Below, in pieces: positions 22,001 through 32,020 of a DNA stretch of 64,000 bases (positions within the stretch are counted from its first letter, which is position 1; each line of letters begins with the position of its first letter). Source of the stretch: a virus (Duplodnaviria > Caudoviricetes); the IMG/VR virus record IMGVR_UViG_2907208306_000002, positions 32,001-96,000 of that record; one strand, 5' to 3'. The translations under genes were made by a program, and so were the position numbers. The notes under the pieces are model-generated. The model searched no databases. It was not told the origin of the DNA and saw only the letters and a list, made by a program, of their open reading frames with translations.

Positions 22001-22169
22001 CGATGACTTGTCACACGCCAAACTTTATCACTCTTCATATAAGTGCATAGTTTCAATGGCGAATTACAAGTCGTTATTTAAACAGACGTGTCCTTCGATA
22101 CTAAAAATTAAAATGAATATCGAAGCATTTGAGTGGGTAGAAAGTCGATATTTAGTTCAATATCAGTAA
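19030..22169 (+). CDS. Array of about 10 small hypothetical early genes (19030-19272, 19334-19528, 19653-19841, 19877-20293, 20350-20613, 20671-20892, 20940-21134, 21140-21343, 21678-21890, 21915-22169)
   Basis: Co-oriented short ORFs, most with a GGAG(G) RBS; no family recognised. Confidence 0.65.
19568..19596 (+). promoter_or_regulatory. sigA-type early promoter
   Basis: TTGACT-N17-TATAAT with AAAAGTAAAA upstream. Confidence 0.7.
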
Positions 22170-22197
22170 TTAATTTTAAATATAAATATAGGGAGAT

Positions 22198-22989
22198 ATG
22201 ATAATGACAAAACAGGTTTCTATGGAGTTCAGCGGAAATGAATTGATTTTAATTGAAAGCAGAACGATGCGCGATGAGTATGTGTTCAAAGACACCGTTA
22301 TGGATAAAGTAAAAATTGTTCCACTAATTCCCCATTCAACGGAACTGACAATTCAAATGGCTGCTTCTTATTATGAAGTTGGTGGAGATGCAGTTGAGTC
22401 TATTATTAGAAGAAATCGTGAAGAATTTAATGAATATGGAGAAGTAAGACTATTAAAAGGGAAAACTCTTAAAGAGTTTCGTGACCGTCAGCCTGACGGA
22501 AGCGAAATTATCAGCTCTAACACAAGAAGCTTAACCCTTATTACTCGTCGTGGTTTGTTGCGTATTGGGATGCTTCTTACTCAATCAGAAGTAGCTAAAT
22601 CAATCCGTAACTATCTGCTGAATGTTGAAGAACTAGCACCAGACGAAGTTAGACAATGGGCTGTTGAACGCGAAATTTCGAAGCGTGAACGTAGGCTGTT
22701 AACAGATTCAATTCAAGAGTTCTATATTGCTACTTCGAGTATGGATGACAAATTTAAATATGCCAACTTCACAAATTTGGTTTATAAAGTTCTATGGGAT
22801 ACAGACGCCAAATCACTCAAAGATATGTATGGTATAGAAAAGAATGAATTACTAAGAGATGCATTTAGTACAGAGGATCTAAGAAAAGTCGTCAGTGTAG
22901 AGAGGGCTATTGCAGGGATGTTAAATGTTGACTTTAAGTATGATGAAATTAAAGATAGATTAATGAGTAATCGTTCAAGATTTCAATAA
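22198..22989 (+). CDS. Phage antirepressor-like DNA-binding protein
   Basis: TIQMAASYYEV...RRGLLRIGMLLTQSEVAKSIRNYLL N-terminal domain; YANFTNLVYK C-terminal domain. Confidence 0.6.
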   Translation: MIMTKQVSMEFSGNELILIESRTMRDEYVFKDTVMDKVKIVPLIPHSTELTIQMAASYYEVGGDAVESIIRRNREEFNEYGEVRLLKGKTLKEFRDRQPDGSEIISSNTRSLTLITRRGLLRIGMLLTQSEVAKSIRNYLLNVEELAPDEVRQWAVEREISKRERRLLTDSIQEFYIATSSMDDKFKYANFTNLVYKVLWDTDAKSLKDMYGIEKNELLRDAFSTEDLRKVVSVERAIAGMLNVDFKYDEIKDRLMSNRSRFQ

Positions 22990-23078
22990 AATGCTTTTAA
23001 ATAAAAATAAGTATTAATTAATTCGCTATTGCATATGTTGTTTTATAACTGCATTGCCTGGGAAAAAGGAGGCTTTTT

Positions 23079-23582
23079 ATGAAGAAGCTCATGTTTCTTA
23101 TCAGTGCCTTTCTGATATTTAGTGTTCTAACGGGCTGTAGCAATACTGATCCGGTAGCAGAGGAATTAATATCTTATATTAACGAACAAATGACTCCTCT
23201 GGGAAAAGAGGAACAAGAGTTGCTTAATGCTTACGAAAGCGTAACAGGAGAAAATTATAAAGATGACGAAACAACTCACAAAGTTTTGGTGGAAGAAGTA
23301 ATACCTGGTTACAACGAGTACATTGGGAAAATAGAAGCGATCAAGATTGAATCAAAAGAGTTAAGAGAGGTACATGAAATTTATATAGATGGATTAAATC
23401 TTCAAATCTCGGCCATAACGTCAATCGCTATCGCCTTAGAACAGCAGGATGGAGAGGCTATTGTTGAAGCGAATGAGAAGCTTTCAGAGGCTAGGAAGAT
23501 GATGAGAGAATTTCAGACTAAATTAAAGGAACTAACTAAAGAACACAAAATAAAAATCGAAAATAACAAAAATAACTCCTAG
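23079..23582 (+). CDS. Lipoprotein (helical)
   Basis: Signal peptide with LTGC lipobox; has its own terminator. Confidence 0.85.
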   Translation: MKKLMFLISAFLIFSVLTGCSNTDPVAEELISYINEQMTPLGKEEQELLNAYESVTGENYKDDETTHKVLVEEVIPGYNEYIGKIEAIKIESKELREVHEIYIDGLNLQISAITSIAIALEQQDGEAIVEANEKLSEARKMMREFQTKLKELTKEHKIKIENNKNNS

Positions 23583-23603
23583 TTCTTCAAGGGGTTATTT
23601 TTT
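23568..23603 (+). terminator. Rho-independent terminator
   Basis: AAAAATAACTCC...GGGGTTATTTTT. Confidence 0.75.
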
Positions 23604-23749
23604 ATACACCTTGTTTTTATAAAAGTTTATTATCAAAGAGTAGTTATAAGCTGCTCTTTTTGTTTCATTGAAAAAATAAATTTCATTTGAATATTTAAAT
23701 TGTATAATTAAAATTGAAATAAATAAATTAACACAAAGGATTTGGTAGC

Positions 23750-24896
23750 TTGAAGACTATTAACTTTTTTCATCCAAGTACAAAAATACCCATGATTGCC
23801 GAATGGGACGAAGACGGAAAAACGGTAATGTTCAATTATGACAACTTTGAACAAGCCAGGAAAGACTTCGACTCAAAGGCGATCGAAGAAACGAGAGAAT
23901 GGTGTATTCAAAGCGCGATAAATTGTTACAGCATTGAACAAGCTAATGACCATCTGGCTCATCTGAAAATCATCTCAACATTTAATTAGACCCAAATAAG
24001 GAACCTTAAATATAGGGGTTCCTTTTTATAAAATAAATATATACATACAATAAATTGTGTGATATAATTTAACTAACAAATCAAAGAGGTGAAGAAAATG
24101 TATAAGGTAAAGGTTATGGAAAAAGTTCTGGGCAAACTTGTTTTGAATACATATACTTTTTCTAGAGAAGATCAGATGCTAATGTTCAAGCAAATGTGTG
24201 AAGAGGACGGAGTATTAGTTTTCATCCAAAAGGCAGCTTAAGGTATATCTAAGGAGATGGAGTTAATGATTACAACTGAGTCAATTTTTTCAAAGTTAAG
24301 TGATGATGATCTTCGTAAAGCTTTTGCGGAATATGAAAACTGGAGAGAAACAGGGGTTCTACAGGAAGGAATAATCCGTAGAGCACATGAAGAACTTCAA
24401 GAAGTAAATGGATATTCGATTATGATTCATTCTCTAACTGAACCACTGTTGTACGTGATTATCAAAAGACTGATAAAATGATCCTTTTATTCAAATAAAT
24501 TAGATAAGGAATGATACTATGTTGAGCAGAATTAATAGATTTGATGAAAAGGTGAAGCTAGAAAACACATATAAAGTAAAAAACGATCATTATATTGTTG
24601 AGATAGAAATTAAAGAATTTGCAAATATCTTTGGTATTGATGTTGTCTATACAGAGCGCAACCTGCAAGAAGACGAAAGTCCACCACAACTTACAGTCAA
24701 TATTAACTTTAACAAAAAGTACACTTCTTATAATCCGTTTATTAAAATGCTTGAGGTCAGTGGAAGTTATTTGTTCGTCGATGGTATTTTGAAATTCGAA
24801 CGGTTTCCACAACTTAAAGAATCCAAAGTGCTGATGTTCATTACTACTATTGATCATTTGGAAGCAGAGAATTTAAAGAAACCAGTAAGAAAATAA
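23750..24896 (+). CDS. Small hypothetical genes (23750-23989, 24098-24241, 24257-24481, 24519-24896)
   Basis: Short co-oriented ORFs with RBS. Confidence 0.6.
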
Positions 24897-24926
24897 AATG
24901 AATATTTCATAAGGAGGAGGATTGTA

Positions 24927-25445
24927 ATGAAATTTAAGGATATCAAACCATACATACAGTGCAATAACTATTCTGTTGATGTTTCTTTGAGATATCTTGA
25001 AAGCACCATAGATGAGTATATTGAAGAGATGGGTTTGGAATTAGATCCAGACTTTCAAAGAGGCCATGTTTGGACGGAACAACAACAAGAGCTTTATATA
25101 GAACATTTGTTGCGCGAGGGTGTCTCAGGGTTAGACATTTACTTCAATCATACTAAATGGCAAGGAACAGAGGGAAAGGGGGATGGATGGTTCGTGTGCG
25201 TTGATGGGCTACAACGTCTTACGGCATGCCTTGGATTCCTTAGAAATCAAATTAAAGCATTTGGTCACTTTTACGAAGACTTTGAAGATAAGATTCCAAT
25301 GATGATACGCTTGAGTTTTCATGTTAATAACCTTCAAACTCGTAAAGAAGTACTTGAATGGTACTTACAGATGAATAGTGGCGGCACTGTTCACAGTCAA
25401 GATGAGTTGGATCGAGTTACGGGATTATTGGCAGCTGAGTCTTGA
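24927..25445 (+). CDS. Stand-alone DUF262 (ParB/GmrS-like) domain protein
   Basis: PDFQRGHVW...VDGLQRLT...MNSGG motifs. Confidence 0.85.
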   Translation: MKFKDIKPYIQCNNYSVDVSLRYLESTIDEYIEEMGLELDPDFQRGHVWTEQQQELYIEHLLREGVSGLDIYFNHTKWQGTEGKGDGWFVCVDGLQRLTACLGFLRNQIKAFGHFYEDFEDKIPMMIRLSFHVNNLQTRKEVLEWYLQMNSGGTVHSQDELDRVTGLLAAES

Positions 25446-25479
25446 TAAAAAGATTATTTTATGAAGAGATGAGAATTAT

Positions 25480-26968
25480 ATGAAACTCATATCTAAGCAA
25501 TTGGTTAAGATCGAGGAATACGCATACGATACACAGGAAGAATGTAATGAACATGCTAAGAAGATGATTCACGATGGCTTTGAGATAAGAATTAAATATC
25601 ATGATGTGTATCAATATTACAGAGAGTACGCTAAGTGCAGCTGATATAAGGTTCTTTCATAAGGAGATGATTATGTGAAGAAAGTGAAAATCAACATTGA
25701 GAACGTGGACTTTGGTGGTATTTCAAAAGATATTGAGAGAAAAATTAGAAAAACTCCAGAGAAGATATATGATGTCGTAAAGGTTGAAACTGCTACATAT
25801 CCAATAACGTTGGAAGGTATTATGTATAGATTTAAACAGAGTGAATTGATCGTAATCGAGTAAAAAACTATTTTATAAGGAGATGAGAAAGATATGGCAT
25901 TTCTGGAGGGTAAGAATGTTGCCCCACGATTAGCAGTTGAGTCAAAAAAGTTGGTTGGTAAGCGCGTAAGATATCTAAGATCTCAAGATATCGATAAATC
26001 AGGTCGAGGCCATTTCTTTCCACGTACAGGTATTGTTGAAAGCATATATGGTAGGAATATAATGCTGGATAATGGCATAGATATCCATTTCAGCGATATT
26101 GTTGAGTTGGTTGTAATAAATGATGAAACAGAATGAAAGGATTCATTTACTGGGAGTTGAATTAGATGATAAAAAAGTATTTACCAGTATTTTTCGGAGT
26201 GTTTATGGGGCTATGCATTCTTGGATTAGCAATATGGTGGAGCGAAGGTATTAAATTGATAGCTAATAAATAAGCTAGTAATAGAAGTAATTTATTCGCT
26301 TAGGAGGTATTATAAATGTTGTACAAACTTCTAACAAGAATGTTGGCCAATAAGTTGAATTTATGGGTATCCACTTCCCATGGAATATTTATTGCTGATG
26401 TTCGTGGACATTCTTTTTCAAAAGAGTTCAGAAACTGGAAAGAGGCTCACCGATTTTTAAAAACAATGTACAAACTCTAAAATAGGCTTCTTTGTAAAAT
26501 AAATATAAATAAAATTATAATAATGGAGGAATTCAAATGGATACATACGATATCGTTGTGAATAAACAAGTGGTGGAAAGCATCCCTCAGCAAGGACGCT
26601 GCAGAGAGGCTATGAGCTTCATTATTATGGACAGGGTGTACAAGCTTACAAGCGAATTCAAAACGTATGTAGAGGTCTACAGCCGCAAAACAGGAGGGGT
26701 TTACCGATATGTTTAGGGGAGGCAAATAGATTAAAGGAAAACTGTATGTTCGAACTCCTGGCTCTAATTGGGTGGAATTAAAATTATTAATTAGGAGGGA
26801 GTGAGGGAGTATTAAAGCCATTAGCGACCTACAAAAACAGCGTGATACCCTAGCAATGTTGTATAATTTAAATTTACAGTCAACAACTGAATTAGAGTTA
26901 GAAGTCATAAAAAATGAAATTAATGATTTAGACAGAATGATCTCAAAATATCTGTTGAAAATGATAGA
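25480..26968 (+). CDS. Array of very small hypothetical genes (e.g. 25480-25644, 25675-25863, 25894-26136, 26316-26480, 26537-26710)
   Basis: Short ORFs each preceded by an RBS; several are below the ORF-track cutoff. Confidence 0.55.
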
Positions 26969-27116
26969 TAATACTGTTCTTGACTTACCTAGTATTGTAA
27001 GATATTAATAACTCGGTTAGATAACGATATGTATTAACACCAATTGAAAATTAAACCGATATAGGCGATCTAAGCTCTTAGGTCGTCTATATTTTACAAC
27101 TTAGGAGGAGCTGCAG

Positions 27117-27368
27117 ATGGTGAAATCAAAGACTCCCAAAAGGCCGACAAGGGACGAATTTGTGTTAGAGGAGTTAGGTAATCAGCTTACAGAGGCTTAT
27201 CAAGAGGAATCGCAAATTCAGCTTACTGTGTGGGCCTGGGAAGAGCCGGTAAGAGGACAGATTGATAAAATGGACTCCCGTACGGGGAAAGTGCACATCA
27301 AGAAGGATGGAATCATTACCAAGGTTCCGTTCATGGACATAATGGAAGTTAACTATCCAAGGGATTGA
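27117..27368 (+). CDS. YolD-like protein
   Basis: DEFVLEELGNQLTEAY...GQIDKMD...VPFMDI. Confidence 0.7.
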   Translation: MVKSKTPKRPTRDEFVLEELGNQLTEAYQEESQIQLTVWAWEEPVRGQIDKMDSRTGKVHIKKDGIITKVPFMDIMEVNYPRD

Positions 27369-27597
27369 TTGTTCAATAAAGGCTGCTATATCCTATATAA
27401 ATGGAGGATGGATTATTAATATGAGCGAGTTTTATAAAAACCTTATGAGGGGACTTGGAGTGGGCTTTTCTATTTTAATAATTTTTATCCTCTTACTCCT
27501 TATTATGGAGTTTGTTTTTAGCAGTTCTTTATTCGATGATTTAACAACCTATTTATATAGATTGGCCTTAAAATAACTATTTATATGGAGGAATACG

Positions 27598-28165
27598 ATG
27601 CTATTTTATAAAATACCAAATGACAGAGAACACGAATTTCATGGGGATGCCAGGTATTATTATGTCGTATCTTTTGACGTGCCTTCAAAGCAATATGAAG
27701 GAAAAATCATGGTTCCATCCGATGAAAAATTGGAAGAAGATGATATTTTTCAAGCGGCTCAGGACTATTTGATGGATCACTTTAAAAATGTCTTTGGAAA
27801 AGTCAAATTTGCCGCAGAAGTTAAAATACTAGAAGCATATGATAGGATGGCGGAGTGATTGCTCAGACTCAATTGTCTAGGCAATTTACTTGTTTTATTT
27901 TTAATATCAAAGGGGGACTAATATGATCTATTCTGAACAGTTAATCAATGAGATCAAAGATGTTCTTAAAAAAGATTTCAACTTGAAACAAGTGATTTTT
28001 AAGGAGCAACTTGGTGAGGATTTATACTTCGAAGCGCTGGGAATGGAACGAGGAAGCGAATACAGTTTTAGATATAAGCCACAGGCCAAAACTCTCTTCC
28101 ATAAGTTAAATAATAATTGGTCTCAAATCAAGGGATATCAAATCGAATTAACCAATCAAATGTAG
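27598..28165 (+). CDS. Two hypothetical genes (27598-27858, 27923-28165)
   Basis: ORFs with RBS. Confidence 0.6.
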
Positions 28166-28218
28166 ATTCCATTCGAAATTTATATATTAACTTTCATCGG
28201 GACGAAAATGAACCTGCC

Positions 28219-28719
28219 TTAAATGGCAGGTTTTTCTTTGTTTGTGAGACCTAATTTTTCAGCTCTTCTGATAATCTCAAGCAAATTTTTCATGTCCTCA
28301 GTAACGTCTGATGGCTTAGAATTAAGCTGCTGTTCGAGTTCAGCATTCCTGTTCTGCAGGTTAGCGATGGTTACTCTCATGCCTTCAAGTTGATCTTTGA
28401 TTGCTTGTAACGAGTTAATTACCTGGTCTATATCGATCTCAGGCGCGTATGGTTTAACTGAGGGGATTGCGGCAGAGAGTTTGGGCTGTTTTATTCCTTG
28501 AGTTTGTTTTCTTTTTAATTTTGCTTCTTTAATCTGCCCTTCATATCGCTTACGTAAATTAGAATTCCATCTAAATCCACATGCTGCCGGTGTTCTGTTT
28601 GTTTTTTCAGCAACCAGATCAAAAGCATATAATTGTGTTTCACCCTTCTCAATACAGTTTAATACTGTTTCAGAGAGACAGATATCGTCTTCATAAGTCC
28701 ATCCGTCTTGTCTTTTCAT
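28219..28719 (-). CDS. rsfA: RsfA-family (Myb-like) transcriptional regulator
   Basis: RQDGWTYEDD...GETQLYAF...RTPAACGFRWNS; start reassigned after a GGAGG RBS. Confidence 0.9.
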   Translation of the reverse strand: MKRQDGWTYEDDICLSETVLNCIEKGETQLYAFDLVAEKTNRTPAACGFRWNSNLRKRYEGQIKEAKLKRKQTQGIKQPKLSAAIPSVKPYAPEIDIDQVINSLQAIKDQLEGMRVTIANLQNRNAELEQQLNSKPSDVTEDMKNLLEIIRRAEKLGLTNKEKPAI

Positions 28720-28750
28720 AAAGATACCTCCAATAAAATGTGCTATTAAC

Positions 28751-28780
28751 ATGTTTATCCAAAATGTCAATAGGTTATGC
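28751..28780 (-). promoter_or_regulatory. sigF-type (forespore) promoter of rsfA
   Basis: Minus strand GCATA-N15-GGATAAACAT matches the sigF consensus. Confidence 0.65.
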
Positions 28781-28815
28781 ATTTATTTTCGTATACTATG
28801 AAAAAGGCTTGACAA

Positions 28816-28827
28816 GAACAAATGTTC
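28816..28827. promoter_or_regulatory. LexA (Cheo/SOS) box
   Basis: GAAC-AAAT-GTTC immediately after TTGACA (28809), upstream of mazF. Confidence 0.7.
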
Positions 28828-28947
28828 CGTATTGTATAGGGGGTGTTTATTGGTTATAATAATAACATAAATATAATAATACAACTTAAAAAGACATATT
28901 ATAGTGTTGAGAATAGTTTGATTAATTACAAAAACTAAATATAGGAG

Positions 28948-29349
28948 TTGTTAAATAAGATGGCTGTAGCAATTAATAATAAAGTACATAATGAAGCAGT
29001 AAAACAATTTGAAATTTGGCTTGCTGACCTTGGTGATGAATCTAAGGGATCTGTGCAAAGAGGTGTAAGACCAGTAATCATTATTTCGAATGACAAAAGT
29101 AATAAATTTGCACCAATAGTGATGGTATCACCGATAACAAGTAGTTCTACAAAAGCTAAGATTCCTACGCATGTTAGTTTAAAAGCAGATGAAGTTGGAT
29201 TTATTCATGACAGTGTTATTTTGTTTGAGCAGCATCTAACAATTGATAAGAGCCAATTAATTCATAAGTTAGTTGACATGCCGGTTCGTTATGAAGATCA
29301 ATTATTGAGAGCATTAGAAATTAGTACTACACGTATGTTCAGTAGATAG
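28948..29349 (+). CDS. mazF: PemK/MazF-family endoribonuclease (no adjacent MazE)
   Basis: IWLADL...GSVQRGVRPVIIISND...PITS...PTHV...SVILFEQHLTIDK. Confidence 0.88.
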   Translation: MLNKMAVAINNKVHNEAVKQFEIWLADLGDESKGSVQRGVRPVIIISNDKSNKFAPIVMVSPITSSSTKAKIPTHVSLKADEVGFIHDSVILFEQHLTIDKSQLIHKLVDMPVRYEDQLLRALEISTTRMFSR

Positions 29350-29455
29350 TTAACAAATATAAAATAAAACAAATAAATGTAAATAAATCGGAGGAATTTA
29401 TCATGAAGATTTATTTATTGTAAGCTCCAGTGGAATCCGTCTGGAGCTTCTTGTC

Positions 29456-29665
29456 TTATTTATTTTTAAGAATCAATAAATCAGAAACATCTATCTCTAA
29501 CTCATCGCAGATTAGTGCAATATTATTAAGTGGCAAATGCCTTGATTTGTTATTGCACATCTCAGATATAGTAGGGTGTCGGATGCCAGTCCTTTTCGCA
29601 AGTTCTCTAGCACTCATTCCCTTTTTGTCTAATATGTATTGAAGATTAATAAAGATATACGACAT
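29456..29665 (-). CDS. Xre/Cro-family HTH regulator
   Basis: KKGMSARELAKRTGIRHPTISEMCNN...ICDELE; start reassigned to MSYIF. Confidence 0.88.
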   Translation of the reverse strand: MSYIFINLQYILDKKGMSARELAKRTGIRHPTISEMCNNKSRHLPLNNIALICDELEIDVSDLLILKNK

Positions 29666-30162
29666 TTTCTTCCCCCAAATGAATACTAAAAACGGTTGAC
29701 AATGTAAATTGAAAAGTCTATATTGATAATAGGTTGTTACGATTTGCGTAACAAAATTAAGGCATGACAAAAAGCTCCCCCTTATATGGTGGGAGCTTAT
29801 TCCAGTTTATTCTAACAGATTCAATAAATCTTTTACAACATCTTTGCGGAGGCAGCTAGAATATGATAAATAATAAAAGGTATGTTCTTCAAAAATTTAT
29901 TTCTTATGATGAAAAAGCTAAGTTAGAGACATGGATGATTACAACTATCAAAAGCGATAACTTGGATGCATTAATGAACTTTCTTTCTAATGGTTATCGT
30001 ATCTTTGATACAGTTTCTAATAAAGAAGTGATAAGAAATTAATTAATTCAAGTGTATTTTATCTTGATTAAAGATCTAGTTTTTTTACTAAAATAACTAG
30101 ATTTAAACACATTACTGTAATATTCTTATAAGTATAAATAAGTAGCAATAATAAGGTGATTT

Positions 30163-30642
30163 ATGGAAAAAGATAGTAAGAATGATAAATTATATATTAT
30201 GAAATACACTTTAAGCAGTGGGATTAGAGGTACAGTACCATTATCGACTAATAGTATTAATGACTGGTTGGAATGCTACAATTTAAATAAAGTCTTTATT
30301 ACTAAGATTGGTACTGAGTACTTTGGACTAGATCCTAAATATGTAGCTGATTTCAAAGTACATAATGAGCAGCATGATAGTTTTAAGAATGATAGTAAAC
30401 ACTTTGATTCATTAAGTGAAGCATATAACATAGAGAAGATAATTATAAAAGTAGATTGTAAGTGTAACACTATATACAACACTGAATTATCGTATTACAC
30501 AAGTAAGTGGTATTGTAGTAAGTGCAAAGAATCTGTATATCATGATAAAAACTATTCAGAAACTAAGAGTGACAAAAGAACTATTTTGTATTTTACAAAC
30601 AAACATCAATCTGAACATGTGTGTAGTCTGAATGAACTGTAG
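30163..30642 (+). CDS. Hypothetical protein with a C-terminal Zn ribbon
   Basis: CxC...CxxC. Confidence 0.6.
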   Translation: MEKDSKNDKLYIMKYTLSSGIRGTVPLSTNSINDWLECYNLNKVFITKIGTEYFGLDPKYVADFKVHNEQHDSFKNDSKHFDSLSEAYNIEKIIIKVDCKCNTIYNTELSYYTSKWYCSKCKESVYHDKNYSETKSDKRTILYFTNKHQSEHVCSLNEL

Positions 30643-30708
30643 AAGTATATTTACATTGTATATTTCGATTGTATTTTGCTATACTTATATATATGTACAT
30701 AATAAGGG

Positions 30709-32019
30709 GTGAGCTATGACTTGAAAAAAGACCGCGAAGAACTTGAGGTTAACTTAAGGAATGTTATTGATGACAATAAACATAAGACAAAAATGCTTGC
30801 GAAAATAAATGACTTTCTTGATGAATATGGAATATTACCAGGCTTTATCAATGACATTGCAAGAAGTACCACATCACTTTCTAATTTAGAAACACACTTA
30901 CTTATAGTGGTAACAGACGCTGTGTATCGAGTTACAGGTGATGGCAGGATTATCAGTCAGGATTACTTTTCTAAGTCTGAATTAGATAAATCTTTAGAGC
31001 TTACCAGACAGAAATCAAATAAAATGAATTTAGAATTACCAATTGAAATATCTAATGTTTTAAATGTAGATCAACTAACATATTTCACTAAAATTGATAT
31101 AAAACTCTTAGTTGATATGTTTCACTCTAAATTGATAATTTACGATTATGAGACTCAAAGAAGTGCAAAATATCGTATGGGTAAAGATGGAGTAGTTCCA
31201 GTTCCTGATGTGAATAAGAAGAGTGTAGATGACATTGCTAAGCACATGTTAGAGGGCACTTATTTACCAGACATGTTGACTTTGAATGTCTATTCTGAAG
31301 AAGTTGAACCATTAAGTTATGACGAAAGAAATAAAATTCTCACAATCAATAAAGGATCAAGCATTTCTATTCTAGATGGATTCCATCGCCTACAGGGTGG
31401 AGTTAAGGCCTTAACTATAAACCCTAATCTGTGCTTAGAATTACTCTTATCGATAAGATCTTATGATACAGAGATAGCTAAGAAATACTTTGGGCAGATA
31501 AATACAATAAACGTTGTAAAGAAGGAGAGACTTAAAGAACTTAAGTCAGAAAACTGGTCTGTTGCTGTCGTAAGAGATCTTCAACAAAAGTCAGAATTAA
31601 AGGGTAATAAGATTGCTTCTGCTGCAAACATAAGTGAAATTGCTGGCCAACTAACGACATTTGATATTATGTCTTATGGAGTTGAACAGATTTTTTCTCC
31701 AGATAATTTCTTAGAATATAAAGAAGTAGCAAATTATCTTACTGAGTTTTTTGGATATTTAACTGGTCACTTCTATGATGAATTCATTTCCAATCCAAGC
31801 GCATATCGTAAAACATATGTTAATCATCCTCTGATGTTCTTAGGATATATTCAGATTGCAAAGAATTTTAAAGATCAGAACAAGGATTTAAGTGAAGTAT
31901 CTCACATTAAATCCTCAATAAATTTTGATGATAAAGAGTTGATAAACATTTTGAATAGTAAGAGCGGAATAAACTCAAATAGAGTAAGAAATCAAATAAT
32001 TAATTATTTTAAAAAGTGA
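30709..32019 (+). CDS. YopQ-like DndB/ParB-fold (DGQHR-type) protein
   Basis: ILDGFHRL motif, FGQINT; directly upstream of the YopR-like gene as in the SPbeta repression operon. Confidence 0.75.
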   Translation: MSYDLKKDREELEVNLRNVIDDNKHKTKMLAKINDFLDEYGILPGFINDIARSTTSLSNLETHLLIVVTDAVYRVTGDGRIISQDYFSKSELDKSLELTRQKSNKMNLELPIEISNVLNVDQLTYFTKIDIKLLVDMFHSKLIIYDYETQRSAKYRMGKDGVVPVPDVNKKSVDDIAKHMLEGTYLPDMLTLNVYSEEVEPLSYDERNKILTINKGSSISILDGFHRLQGGVKALTINPNLCLELLLSIRSYDTEIAKKYFGQINTINVVKKERLKELKSENWSVAVVRDLQQKSELKGNKIASAANISEIAGQLTTFDIMSYGVEQIFSPDNFLEYKEVANYLTEFFGYLTGHFYDEFISNPSAYRKTYVNHPLMFLGYIQIAKNFKDQNKDLSEVSHIKSSINFDDKELINILNSKSGINSNRVRNQIINYFKK

Positions 32020-32020
32020 A

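Noticed and set aside
23040-23065. sigB-like promoter (GTTTTA-N14-GGGAAA) before the lipoprotein gene
   Set aside because: A single short match very close to the RBS; too weak to call
25643-27585. Degenerate junction sites (25643, 25860, 26133, 26477, 27568; also 49070, 52621, 61516)
   Set aside because: 5- or 8-bp spacers or arm mismatches; not counted among the confident copies, though their positions are consistent
30709-32019. Dnd phosphorothioation system
   Set aside because: Only a DndB-like fold is present, with no dndACDE; synteny points to a YopQ-like phage regulator
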